Shown: positions 28,042 to 37,486 of the stretch, one piece after another
Layout: the number at the start of each line of letters is the position of its first letter
Numbering within the stretch: position 1 is the stretch's first letter
DNA from: a virus
Lineage: Duplodnaviria > Caudoviricetes
DNA: 59,946 nt
Virus record (IMG/VR): IMGVR_UViG_3300031753_000008
Location: 1 to 59,946 of that record
Direction: 5' to 3' (one strand)
Notes under the pieces: model-generated
Seen by the model: only the letters and a program-made list of their open reading frames with translations
Databases searched by the model: none
Told to the model about the DNA's origin: nothing
Translations under genes and position numbers: made by a program

Positions 28042-29394
28042 ATGAGCGTGCTCCCGAACGACCTCGTCGCCTACGGCTCGGCCAACATGCCCGAGGCCGA
28101 TGGGGTGGCGGTCGGCGGTGCGGTCGATTTCGCGCGCCGCGTCGCGTTTTACGACGTCAGCCCCGCCGGCACGATCGACTTTGTCTCGTCGAACGCTGCG
28201 GACACCACGGTCTACATCCAGGTGGCGGGGCGCGACTCGACGGGTGTGATCCAAACCCCAGCGGCGGTGGCCCTGAACGGCACCACCAAGGTCAACGGAT
28301 CGCAGAGCTTTGAGCGGCTGCTTTATGGCGTCGTCTCGGGCGGCTCGCCAAATGGCCCGTTGGCCGGCCCGACCGCGGGCACCAACACGACGACATCGGG
28401 GACGATGACCAATGTCACGACCTCGATGACGGTCGCCGCGCATGCCGGCTTTCCCGGCTCCGGCAACTATTACGTCGCGGTCGACACCGGGGCGAATTTC
28501 GAGATCATGCAGGTGACGGGCGGCCAGGGCACCAACACCTGGACCGTGGCCCGCGGTGTCTCCGGCTTTCAGGGCGGGGTGGCGCACGGCTCGGGGGTCG
28601 CGGTCTATTTGATGCCGCTGGGCGATGTCGCGGCGCTGGCACATACCGCCACGGTCTCGGCCCATACCGCCCAAGTGGGCTCCGCCAACCATAGCGGCAC
28701 CACCCCGCCGCTCTTCAAACTGCAATCCGGGGACGGCGCCAGTGTCGCGGCCGGCCAGATCATCCAGACGACCGGCGGCACCGGCCCCAACCAGTTGCGC
28801 ATGATCATCGCGACCTCGGGCTACGGCACGGACATCGTCGCCGTCAACCGCGACTGGTCGACGGTGCCCGACGCCACCACGACCTATAACGTCAGCCAGG
28901 GCATCCTCTTCGAGACCGGGTTCGCGAGCTCGGGCGCCACCTATGGCGACCCCAACCCGGTGACCTCGGTGCTGCGCTCGTTTTCGACCGCGGCGGCCGA
29001 CGTGCCGGCGGGCTCGGCCCGGTACTTTTACGAAAAGGTGTTTGTCGTCAACAACAACACCGCGACCGCCCTGACCGGGGCGCAGGTCGAGATCGCGAGC
29101 GAAACCCCGTCCTTGCCGTCGGGCGCATTGCTCGATATCGGCCTCACGACCGCGCTCAACGACACCAACACCTGCAACCCGCGCCAGCAGGCCTCGTCGT
29201 TTCTGCCGACCGGGCTCGCCTCGTTCACCACCCAGCCAGCCTTTGTCAACGTGCCGTCGCCAGGCAACCTGCCGTCGGGTGCCGCCCCCAACGCCGCCGG
29301 CGCGCAAGGCGTGTGGCTGCGGCTGACCCTGCCGGCCGGCACCGCCGCCTACAAGGGGAGCGCCGATTTGCGCACCCAGGGAACCACGACGTGA
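28042..29394 (+). CDS. Beta-rich virion structural protein (no signal peptide)
   Basis: Thr/Gly-rich; FYEKVFVVNNN...QGVWLRLTLPAG C-terminal domain. Confidence 0.7.
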   Translation: MSVLPNDLVAYGSANMPEADGVAVGGAVDFARRVAFYDVSPAGTIDFVSSNAADTTVYIQVAGRDSTGVIQTPAAVALNGTTKVNGSQSFERLLYGVVSGGSPNGPLAGPTAGTNTTTSGTMTNVTTSMTVAAHAGFPGSGNYYVAVDTGANFEIMQVTGGQGTNTWTVARGVSGFQGGVAHGSGVAVYLMPLGDVAALAHTATVSAHTAQVGSANHSGTTPPLFKLQSGDGASVAAGQIIQTTGGTGPNQLRMIIATSGYGTDIVAVNRDWSTVPDATTTYNVSQGILFETGFASSGATYGDPNPVTSVLRSFSTAAADVPAGSARYFYEKVFVVNNNTATALTGAQVEIASETPSLPSGALLDIGLTTALNDTNTCNPRQQASSFLPTGLASFTTQPAFVNVPSPGNLPSGAAPNAAGAQGVWLRLTLPAGTAAYKGSADLRTQGTTT

Positions 29395-29477
29395 GCGATG
29401 GGGCGCTGGCGTTGCAGATCTTCTGCATCGCCGCGGCGCTCGCGGTGGCGCTGATGATCCTGATCCCCAAAGGTTGA
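29391..29477 (+). CDS. 28-aa single-TM micro-protein
   Basis: GTGA-coupled; MSDGALALQIFCIAAALAVALMILIPKG. Confidence 0.45.
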   Translation: MSDGALALQIFCIAAALAVALMILIPKG

Positions 29478-29502
29478 TTTTTAAGAAAAGGAGCCTGACA
29501 CC

Positions 29503-29889
29503 ATGAAGTTCCCCCGCCTCTTTCTCGCCGCAACGCTGTTCGCCGGCGCTGCGATGCCGGCCTTCGCCGGCTCGCTCGTCTCCGGTGACCTCCACATCGT
29601 CGTCACGCCTCCGGCCCTGGGCCTGGTGCTGCCCAACGGGACGCTGCAATGCCCGGTTCCGGGCGGCACGGTCGTGGCCACGGTGTCGACCTTCGGCGGC
29701 GACGGCACTGCCGTTACCTATTCGATGGGTGCGGGCTCGACCGGGACCGACGACCTCACCGACTTCGTGATCGGCCCGGCCACGGGCGTGGTCTCGGTGG
29801 CGGCGGCTGGCCTCACGACCTCGTCGCCCATGTGCGCGCCGGGTGCCGGGACGCACATCGTGAACGGCATCACAGCGTCGCAGAATTAA
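29503..29889 (+). CDS. Exported cadherin/Ig-like single-domain protein
   Basis: AGGAG RBS; MKFPRLFLAATLFAGAAMPAFA|; GTVVATVST...VTYS...FVIGPATGVVSV; two Cys. Confidence 0.7.
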   Translation: MKFPRLFLAATLFAGAAMPAFAGSLVSGDLHIVVTPPALGLVLPNGTLQCPVPGGTVVATVSTFGGDGTAVTYSMGAGSTGTDDLTDFVIGPATGVVSVAAAGLTTSSPMCAPGAGTHIVNGITASQN

Positions 29890-29893
29890 GCCA

Positions 29894-32866
29894 ATGCGCA
29901 CCCTGGCTGCCGGCGCCCTGCTGACCGCGGGGTTCGCTGTTCAGTCGCCGCCAGCGCCTGCGACCGGCGATCTGACGATCACCGTCACGGGGCCGCCCGC
30001 CAGCGGCGCCGGAACGCTGTCGCTCGCCATCGGCCCGGTCGGCGGCCCCTACACCGCCGTGCCGATACAGATGGACGAGGTTGGCACCTACGGATTCAAC
30101 GGCGAGCCTGCCAGCAACGGTGTCCGCACGGCGAATTTCTCGACCCGCGTGCCCTCGGTCCCGGTCGGCGGCACCTTCCAGGTGCAGATTTCCTACAATG
30201 GCGTCCCGATCGCGACCCGGACGGAGCAGAATGCCGGCGCGGCCGGAACCGACGTGCCCTTCACGTTTGGCGCGGCGTTCCAGCGCGGCACGATCCCGAG
30301 CTACAGCTACACGCCCGGCACTGGCCTGCCGTTCTCCGCGGCGGCCTCCGCGCACGATATCAAAGTCGTGTTCGGTTCGTCCACGATCCCGGTGCGCGAC
30401 GGCAACGGGGTCACGATCGGCTCCGGCGTGTGGGTGTGCGATGCCAACGCGCTCGCGGCACTCGGCGCCTACACCAAGAACGGCGGTTACAGGATCACCA
30501 GCAACGGCGCGCTGATGACCAGTTACGCCGTCGACGGCCCCTGCGTCGACCGGGCCAACGGCTCCCCGGCGGGCGCGCAGCTCTGGGCGCACTTTCCGGC
30601 GATCCAGCTCTGGCAGACCGCGCCCAACTCAGGCGTGCTCGGCGAGGTGCGGGTCGAAGACCCGTGGGTGGCGAACGGCCCTTGGCTCAACGTCGCGGCC
30701 AATGCCACGGCCGTGTACACCGGCGACATGGCGCTCTATGACGGGGCGGCGCTGATCGCCCAGCGCTCGACCGGCCTCGGCAGCGCCGAAGGGCCGTTCG
30801 CGATCCAGCCTGCCGCAGTGACGACCGGGATCAATGGGACTTGCGGCGCCGGAACCATCTCGACCAATTTCCAACTGCCGACCACGCTCCAAGACGGTGA
30901 GCCCGTGCTGTACAACGGGCCTGCTGCGGGCGGCACCGCGATCGGCGGCATGACGCCCGGCCGTGTCTACTTTTATGGCTCCTCCGTGGTCGGCAGCGGC
31001 AAGGGCAATCTTGTCCTCAGCCCCGCCAGCCAGAACGGCGGTGCCAACCCGCTCACCTGCCCCAACATCACCAGTCCTGGTGTAGGACCGCAGAATTTCA
31101 CGCCCGTCGCCTCAGCCAACTATCGCGCCGTGGCGATAATCGGCCCAGACGAGGTTGGCAGCCCGCTCTGGCTTGCCGCGGCCAACCGTGCCCCGGCGGT
31201 CCATCTCAACCCGGCCCTGACCACGGCCGAGATTTCCTACCTCGAAGTGGCCGGGGTCATCCCGTCCTACTACACCAACCTTGCGGTTCTCCCGCTCTAT
31301 AAGGCGCAGGGCAACAAAGGCGGTCCTGTCTATCGGCCGAACTCGACCGGGCTTGGCGATGTCGACGATGGCGCCGGCGGCGACCATGACGGGCTCGGCC
31401 CGCTCTCCGAATGGGAAGCCCGTGCCCTGCTCAGCGAAAATTCCGCGGCGTGGGACGGCGTGCGCGCCACCGCTCTGAGCGTCATGAACATTCCGACGCT
31501 GATGACCCTCAACGAGGCGACCGGCTACCTGCCCGCCCTCAACAACAAGACCTATCCCCAGCTCGGGGCCGGCCTGCCCAACGTGTTCTGGACCTATACT
31601 GGCAATGGGGTCTCCGGCGGCATGGAAATCCCGCCGACCGCGACCGGCGATACCTGCCCATCGTGCTTTCTCGGCGGGATGATGGCCGGTGTCGATGGGA
31701 TGCATTGGGAGGATTACGGGCAGTGGCTGATGGCGCTGCTGACCGGCGACCGCAGCATGATCGACGTGCAGTATTTCGCGGCTAATGCACAGCTCATGAA
31801 TATGAACGTCGACACGTTTGGCGTCGGCTCCCGCAACTTCGCGATGAACGGCACCCCCTACGTCGCTCGCATCTCATTTACGGACAGTATGCGGCGGACG
31901 GCGTGGGAGCTGCGCGAGTTCATGCGCGGATCGGTCATTGGCTCCGACAGCAACCCGGAGAAGCAATACGAATTCGACGTGCTGGCCGGCGATGTGGATA
32001 ATTTCTACACCGTGACGCATCACTACGCCGACCCCGGCATGGCTGCCATCGGCGCGACGGAAGGGATTTCGGACTTCCTGGCCAATTTCATGCACTACTA
32101 CGAGGAGACTTCATATTGTGCACAGAAGGGCTTGATCCGCTACACCAGCCCGATCACCGGAGGCAGCACGGCGGCCGAGTGCGACTACATGACCGTGTGG
32201 CCCGAACTCCTATGGGCATCGTCGTGGCCGACCTATTGGGCAGTGACGGAGCAGGTCACGGACACCTTCCCGTCGGCGTTCATGGCGGCGCCGGACCAGC
32301 TCCCGCACGCCAACGGCCCGAGCGAGATATTCACCCACTCAAATGCCGGCTTCCTCAGCGTCGATGCGACGGGTCTGTTCACGGCTAATGGCGGGTTATT
32401 TCCACAACTACAAAATGGCGACGCGGGGGTGATTTGGGACCTGAATCCCAACAACGACTTCGGGCCGACGACCAAGTATTTTACTTACAACGTCACCCAG
32501 CCGGCGGAAATGTTCCGGCTCTCGACGACCTGCACCGCGGCGACGGCCCTCAACCCCTGTCCAAGCCCGACCATAACCCCGTTCGTCCCGGCCCATGGCC
32601 CCTACTCCGCCGGTACGAATTTCAGCATGGCGTTCCAGTTTGCCTACGATCCCCCGAGCGGGCCGGCGGCGAACGGGCAGGGTGGCAACAGCAGCTCGGA
32701 CTATGACGTGTGGGCACGGTCGGGCATGGCGGCCGCCCTAAACAATGGCGCGACCACGCCTTCCCTTGCGACTGCGTTCGCCAATGCCGACGCGCGGTTC
32801 GTCTACACCCCGCGCTGGGGTGACGCAGAGCGCTGGGCGATCGACCCGACCGTCAGGGTGCACTGA
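29894..32866 (+). CDS. Large exported protein, possible polysaccharide lyase (beta sandwich plus alpha barrel)
   Basis: N-terminal signal-like segment; GGDHDGLGPLSEWEA and RRTAWELRE resemble PcRGLX/YetA-like barrel proteins (recalled, not searched). Confidence 0.55.
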   Translation: MRTLAAGALLTAGFAVQSPPAPATGDLTITVTGPPASGAGTLSLAIGPVGGPYTAVPIQMDEVGTYGFNGEPASNGVRTANFSTRVPSVPVGGTFQVQISYNGVPIATRTEQNAGAAGTDVPFTFGAAFQRGTIPSYSYTPGTGLPFSAAASAHDIKVVFGSSTIPVRDGNGVTIGSGVWVCDANALAALGAYTKNGGYRITSNGALMTSYAVDGPCVDRANGSPAGAQLWAHFPAIQLWQTAPNSGVLGEVRVEDPWVANGPWLNVAANATAVYTGDMALYDGAALIAQRSTGLGSAEGPFAIQPAAVTTGINGTCGAGTISTNFQLPTTLQDGEPVLYNGPAAGGTAIGGMTPGRVYFYGSSVVGSGKGNLVLSPASQNGGANPLTCPNITSPGVGPQNFTPVASANYRAVAIIGPDEVGSPLWLAAANRAPAVHLNPALTTAEISYLEVAGVIPSYYTNLAVLPLYKAQGNKGGPVYRPNSTGLGDVDDGAGGDHDGLGPLSEWEARALLSENSAAWDGVRATALSVMNIPTLMTLNEATGYLPALNNKTYPQLGAGLPNVFWTYTGNGVSGGMEIPPTATGDTCPSCFLGGMMAGVDGMHWEDYGQWLMALLTGDRSMIDVQYFAANAQLMNMNVDTFGVGSRNFAMNGTPYVARISFTDSMRRTAWELREFMRGSVIGSDSNPEKQYEFDVLAGDVDNFYTVTHHYADPGMAAIGATEGISDFLANFMHYYEETSYCAQKGLIRYTSPITGGSTAAECDYMTVWPELLWASSWPTYWAVTEQVTDTFPSAFMAAPDQLPHANGPSEIFTHSNAGFLSVDATGLFTANGGLFPQLQNGDAGVIWDLNPNNDFGPTTKYFTYNVTQPAEMFRLSTTCTAATALNPCPSPTITPFVPAHGPYSAGTNFSMAFQFAYDPPSGPAANGQGGNSSSDYDVWARSGMAAALNNGATTPSLATAFANADARFVYTPRWGDAERWAIDPTVRVH

Positions 32867-32901
32867 CCCGCCGTGCGGCGGGTCCCTTTCCGGAGAGAGA
32901 A

Positions 32902-33105
32902 ATGCCGCCACGCAAGCTGACTGCCATTGATCCGGAGCGAGCGCGCTACAAGATCGTGCGCCGCGACAACTTTGTCGACGTGCCGGGTCTGATCATGGCG
33001 GCCAACGTCGACACCGGGCTGTGCCTATTGAGGGATGCCAATGGCGTCTCGCAAGAGCACAAATTCGAACCCGATGGGTTCGCGATCGTGGCGGCCCGTC
33101 GATGA
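32902..33105 (+). CDS. Hypothetical protein
   Basis: GGAG RBS; 67 aa; coupled to the lysin. Confidence 0.65.
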   Translation: MPPRKLTAIDPERARYKIVRRDNFVDVPGLIMAANVDTGLCLLRDANGVSQEHKFEPDGFAIVAARR

Positions 33106-33794
33106 CCGCCCTCGCAGTGACCGCGATGCCCGGCGCCCAGTGCTTCGACACCGACACCAAGCTCGACCTGGTGGCGGCACGGTCTCTCGCCCTCCGGGGC
33201 TATGCCGCGGCGATCCGCTATGTCAGCCGCGCCGTGCCGAACGGCCCCGGCGACATCGGCGCCGAGGAGGCCGCAACGATCATGACGGCGGGTCTGGGGC
33301 TGATGCTGGTGCAGCATTGCCCGCCGGCCTACTGGACGCCGTCGTCCGGGCTCGGCACGGCCTATGGCGGTGCGGCGGCGCAGAACGCCGCCGCGGTCGG
33401 CTACCCGGCGGGCGCGACATTGGCGGTCGACCTCGAAAACATGCGGCCCGGCTGCGGCAATCCGGCGATCGTCGCCTATGTCAACTCGTGGTCGCGCGCG
33501 GTCATTGCCGCCGGTTACGTGCCGTGCCTCTATTACAGCGCCGACTGCCCGCTCTCCCCCGAAGAGCTCTATCTCGATCTGGTCGTGACGCTCTATTGGC
33601 GCGCGCTGAGCCGCGACACGCCCCAGGTCGCGGTGTGCGGGCCCTGCATCCAGCAATTCGCGCAAATGGGCCAGGTCGCGGGGATCGACATCGACCGCGA
33701 CGTGGTCATGGCCGACGCGTTCGGGCGCTTGCCGAGCTGGATGACCTCGCCGCCGGCGGTAGGGCCGATCGCGAACCCGGCCGGCGCATTATAA
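33102..33794 (+). CDS. DUF1906 (Rv2525c-like) peptidoglycan hydrolase, probable endolysin
   Basis: CFDT, AAIRYVS, AGLGLMLVQ, GYPAGATLAVDLE, GYVPCLY and DIDRD. Confidence 0.8.
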   Translation: MTALAVTAMPGAQCFDTDTKLDLVAARSLALRGYAAAIRYVSRAVPNGPGDIGAEEAATIMTAGLGLMLVQHCPPAYWTPSSGLGTAYGGAAAQNAAAVGYPAGATLAVDLENMRPGCGNPAIVAYVNSWSRAVIAAGYVPCLYYSADCPLSPEELYLDLVVTLYWRALSRDTPQVAVCGPCIQQFAQMGQVAGIDIDRDVVMADAFGRLPSWMTSPPAVGPIANPAGAL

Positions 33795-33816
33795 CCGCAC
33801 CCATCAGGGCACCGCG

Positions 33817-35886
33817 TTGACGGTAGTCTATCTTACGAAGTCGTCGTCATCGCCGTGGACGGTTCCGAGCGATTGGACTTCGGCCGGCAGCACGATTGAG
33901 GTTCTCGGCGCCGGCGGCGGTGGCGCAACCGCGACCCTGGCCAACGGCATTGGTTCCGGCGGCGGGGGCGGTGGCTATTCAAAGACCACCAGCCTGGCGC
34001 TGACAGCTGGCGGAAGTGTTCAATTCAGCGTCGGCGCTGGCGGCACGCCGGGCGTTGCGGGCGGCGGAACTTATTTTAACGGCACCAGTGTCGCGTCGTC
34101 ATCGGTCAGCGCCAACGGCGGCGGTTTTGGGCTTGTTGCGAGCACCGGGGGCGCTGGCGGCACCGCAGTCAACGGCACCGGGCATACCGGCGGTGCCGGT
34201 GGTAATGGAGCGGGTGCGCCGGGCGGCGGCTCAGGGGGTGGCGCTGCGGCTGGCCCTTCGGGCCCCGGTGGGGCCGGCGGCACGTCAACCGTCTCGTCAG
34301 CGGTCAACGCAGGCGCGTCCGGCGGCGGTGCCGACAATGGCGGCAACGGCGCCAGCGCCGCAACCAGCTCGCTCATAGGCGCCACTGGCGGCAATAGTGG
34401 CCCCGGCGGGGCCGGCGCTGGCGGCGCTGGCGGGGCCGCATTTACCGCAGGATCAGCCGGGACCAATGGCGGTGGCGGTGGTGGTGGCGGCAGCAACCAA
34501 GGCACCACCGGGACCCCGGCGGGTGCCGGGGGCGCCGGCGGCAACGGCACCGAATGGGATGCCTCACACGGCTGCGGTGGCGGTGGCGGCGGTGGCGGCG
34601 GCAACCAAGGCGGCCCGAACGCCGGAGCGGGTGGCAACGGCGGGCAATACGGCGGCGGTGGTGGCGGCGGCGGCTATGCGACGGGCGGCACCGGCGGGAC
34701 CGGCGGCGACGGTCTCATCGTCATCACCTATACGCCGAGCGCTGGAACAACCGTCACCATCGATGCCACGATCGCGACGGAGGCGCTTGCACGCCTCAAA
34801 GCCGACCCGGCAGCACTCGGCGAGATCATCGCCAGGCTCATCGCCGATGGCATCTTCTTCGCCGAGAGCACCGTTGCCGTGCGCAGCGATCCGGTTGCTC
34901 CAATCGAGGGAGCAGCCGGACAGCGCGCCGATGCCGCACTGCCGTTCGAGCCGGGCGCTACCGCGCGCGGCGACCCGGCAACCCCGAGCGAGGCCGCCGC
35001 GACGCAGCGGGCCGACCCGCCGATCCCGATCGAGGCGCCGTCCGGCGCCGCGCGCCGCGGCCCCGCGGCGCTCGAAGACCTCGGCGCCGTCGCGGCTGAC
35101 GGCACGACACCCGACGAGATCGTCGCGCGCCAGCGGAACGACACCCCGCTCCCGGCCGAGGACCCGGGCGGTCAGCGGGGCGCGGCCGGCGCCCCGGCCG
35201 AGGCGTCGGCGGCGGCCCGCGGCGATACGACTGCCGCGACCGAAACCCTGATCGCGGCTTTGCGCGGGCACGGCCTGGCGCTCGAAACGACCGGGCTCGT
35301 CGCCATTATCGCCGACGCGCTGCTGCGGATCGAGCTCGCGGCGGGGCTGCGCGGCGACGCCAACCCGATGATCGAGGCGACCGGAACCGCGTCGACCGCG
35401 GTCATCGGCGACAGCAGCCCCACGATCGAGTGGACCGCACTTCTCAGCGCCGACACCCCCGCGACAGCCGAAGCCGCCGCCGCGGTCGCGACGGATTTGC
35501 GCGCGCTCGGCGAAATTCTGGTCATGGCGCGCGCCGACCGCGCCGGCACGGTCGAATGGCTGAACCTCGCACGGCTCGACGCCGGGCTCCCGGACGAAGC
35601 GCTGGGCCAGGCGCTGGCGTTCGTCGACACGCTGCTTCAGCTCGAGGGCGCGGCCTCGGCAATCCATGATCACGCCGCCGTGATCGAGGCCACGGCGAGA
35701 GTGACGCCGTCGAGCGCCTCGCCCGCCGAATGGCAGGCGATCGTTTTCCATGTGCTGGGCGACGGCGACCTCGCGGTCGAAATACAGCAGCTCGCGATGG
35801 TCCCGCTTCTTTCGCTCGGCCGGGTGCTGCGGTCGCTCGGCAAACGCCGGGTGCTGCGGTCGCTCGGCAAACGCCGGGTGCTGTAA
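33817..35886 (+). CDS. Glycine-rich fibre protein with repetitive C-terminal shaft
   Basis: WTVPSDW...IEVLGAGGGG...GGDGLIVITY domain followed by quasi-repeats. Confidence 0.75.
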   Translation: MTVVYLTKSSSSPWTVPSDWTSAGSTIEVLGAGGGGATATLANGIGSGGGGGGYSKTTSLALTAGGSVQFSVGAGGTPGVAGGGTYFNGTSVASSSVSANGGGFGLVASTGGAGGTAVNGTGHTGGAGGNGAGAPGGGSGGGAAAGPSGPGGAGGTSTVSSAVNAGASGGGADNGGNGASAATSSLIGATGGNSGPGGAGAGGAGGAAFTAGSAGTNGGGGGGGGSNQGTTGTPAGAGGAGGNGTEWDASHGCGGGGGGGGGNQGGPNAGAGGNGGQYGGGGGGGGYATGGTGGTGGDGLIVITYTPSAGTTVTIDATIATEALARLKADPAALGEIIARLIADGIFFAESTVAVRSDPVAPIEGAAGQRADAALPFEPGATARGDPATPSEAAATQRADPPIPIEAPSGAARRGPAALEDLGAVAADGTTPDEIVARQRNDTPLPAEDPGGQRGAAGAPAEASAAARGDTTAATETLIAALRGHGLALETTGLVAIIADALLRIELAAGLRGDANPMIEATGTASTAVIGDSSPTIEWTALLSADTPATAEAAAAVATDLRALGEILVMARADRAGTVEWLNLARLDAGLPDEALGQALAFVDTLLQLEGAASAIHDHAAVIEATARVTPSSASPAEWQAIVFHVLGDGDLAVEIQQLAMVPLLSLGRVLRSLGKRRVLRSLGKRRVL
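35821..35883 (+). repeat. 27-bp tandem repeat (about 2.3 copies, RVLRSLGKR)
   Basis: cgggtgctgcggtcgctcggcaaacgc twice plus a partial copy. Confidence 0.9.
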
Positions 35887-35917
35887 GCGCCGTAATCCCA
35901 AAATCGAGGCCGCGAGC

Positions 35918-36304
35918 ATGCGCCTGACCACCCCGTTCGACCCGATCGAGCCGGGCGAGACCGACAATTTCGCCTTTGACTTCACTGCCGACATGGGCGC
36001 GGCGACGCTTGCCGGCACCACCTGGACCTGCGCGCTGGCACCCTACCAGACCGCGAGCGACCCCGCGGCCGGCTCACGCATCATCGCGACCTCGACGGCG
36101 ACGACGATCGCGGTGCGTGACCCGCTCACCGGCAATCTCGCCGTGAAGACCGGGTTCTTTTCGGTGGCGCTGGTCGGCGGCATGCCAACTTCGGCGATCG
36201 GCGCCACCTATGTCCTGAGCGCCACGGTCACGACCTCGGACGGCCGCACCCTGGTGCTGAGCTCGACCGTGCTGTGCTCGCCCAATTCGGCGTCGCCGGG
36301 CTGA
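35918..36304 (+). CDS. Fibre adaptor/connector-like protein
   Basis: DPIEPGETDNFAFDF...TVTTSDGRTL pattern. Confidence 0.65.
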   Translation: MRLTTPFDPIEPGETDNFAFDFTADMGAATLAGTTWTCALAPYQTASDPAAGSRIIATSTATTIAVRDPLTGNLAVKTGFFSVALVGGMPTSAIGATYVLSATVTTSDGRTLVLSSTVLCSPNSASPG

Positions 36305-36309
36305 ATGCG

Positions 36310-36663
36310 ATGCCCGAATATTCGCCGCGCGTCGAGCTCGGCCACATCCTTCAGGGCGGCCTCTTTTTTGTCGGCGTCATCAGCGTCGTGTTGACGATCA
36401 TCTTCGCCGTGGCGCCGGCGTGGAATGCGCTCTCGGCGCGCCAGGCCGAGATCGACGCGCGCCAGGCGGCGCTGACCGCAGCGATGGGTGCCATGGAAGC
36501 CGCGATCAGCCTGCGGGTCACCGCCGACGAGCAGCGCATGGACCGCTCCGATCAGCGCATGGACCGCTCCGATCAGGAGCGTCGCGATTTCGAGGTCGAG
36601 GAGCGCGCCGCCGTGCAGAAAGTGCTCGACGCGATCGCGCTCATCGCCAGGAGAATCAAATGA
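36310..36663 (+). CDS. TM plus coiled-coil protein (i-spanin or holin-associated candidate)
   Basis: One TM segment, then a coiled coil with a 21-bp tandem duplication (QRMDRSD x2). Confidence 0.55.
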   Translation: MPEYSPRVELGHILQGGLFFVGVISVVLTIIFAVAPAWNALSARQAEIDARQAALTAAMGAMEAAISLRVTADEQRMDRSDQRMDRSDQERRDFEVEERAAVQKVLDAIALIARRIK

Positions 36664-36917
36664 AATACGTGCTTGTCGCGGCATTGGCGGCAGCACTCTC
36701 GGGCTGCAGCCCGTCGGGTGCGGTGCCCTTGCCACCGGCAGCCCCCGAACCGCCAGAGGCGAGGGCGCCCTTGCCGCCGCATCACGCTGGCCGCGCCGAA
36801 ATCAACCGCCTGGTCGATCGCCTGCTCCGGCGCCTGACCGAGATGCGCGACCAGGAGGTGCGCCACGATGCAACCGAGAGCGTTGCCGCGCCGCCGGCGC
36901 CGCCGGCGGGGCCCTGA
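36660..36917 (+). CDS. Pro-rich lipoprotein (o-spanin candidate)
   Basis: MKYVLVAALAAALSG|C lipobox; overlaps the upstream TM gene. Confidence 0.65.
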   Translation: MKYVLVAALAAALSGCSPSGAVPLPPAAPEPPEARAPLPPHHAGRAEINRLVDRLLRRLTEMRDQEVRHDATESVAAPPAPPAGP

Positions 36918-36919
36918 AA

Positions 36920-37123
36920 ATGGACAAGGTGTTGCACCTCGCCGTGATGGTGCTGATAGGGCTCGTCATCGTCGCGGTCAATTTCGAGCCCGACGTTCCG
37001 TCATGGGCAGCGCCGTGGCTCAAGGACGCGGTCAACGCCGCGATCATGCTGGCTGCGTTTTTGATGAACCCGACCGCGGTCATCGGCCGGATGATCGGGC
37101 CGCGGCCGGCCCCTACGCCGTGA
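36920..37123 (+). CDS. Two-TM protein (holin candidate)
   Basis: 67 aa with two hydrophobic segments. Confidence 0.55.
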   Translation: MDKVLHLAVMVLIGLVIVAVNFEPDVPSWAAPWLKDAVNAAIMLAAFLMNPTAVIGRMIGPRPAPTP

Positions 37124-37127
37124 TGTC

Positions 37128-37244
37128 GTGACGACGCTCGCTTCCGACATGCGCGGCCGGACCGACCGCCACGTGATCCTTAGTGCGGCCGGCGCGCTGC
37201 TGCTCGCGGTCGTCGGCGCGGTCCTGATGCACGCCAAATTTTAA
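37128..37244 (+). CDS. Small TM protein
   Basis: ...HVILSAAGALLLAVVGAVLMHAKF; start uncertain. Confidence 0.4.
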   Translation: MTTLASDMRGRTDRHVILSAAGALLLAVVGAVLMHAKF

Positions 37245-37291
37245 CCAAGCCGAGACGGCGCCTTACCCCGGAACGAATCGAGGACGATGCA

Positions 37292-37486
37292 ATGCGCGAC
37301 GAGCCCGGCGACAGCGCCGAGATCCTCGACTTCCCCGGGCGCGAGAGCACCCGCGGCGCAAGTGCGGTGCGGCTGGCGATGGCGATCGTGGTGATTCGCG
37401 GCCTCGGCCGCGTGCTGCGCGACGGGGCCGCCCTCGCGATCCTGCTGCTCGCCGCGGTCGGGCTCGTCAGCCTCTTCGGGCGCTGA
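37292..37486 (+). CDS. Small membrane protein
   Basis: GAGG RBS; C-terminal TM. Confidence 0.55.
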   Translation: MRDEPGDSAEILDFPGRESTRGASAVRLAMAIVVIRGLGRVLRDGAALAILLLAAVGLVSLFGR

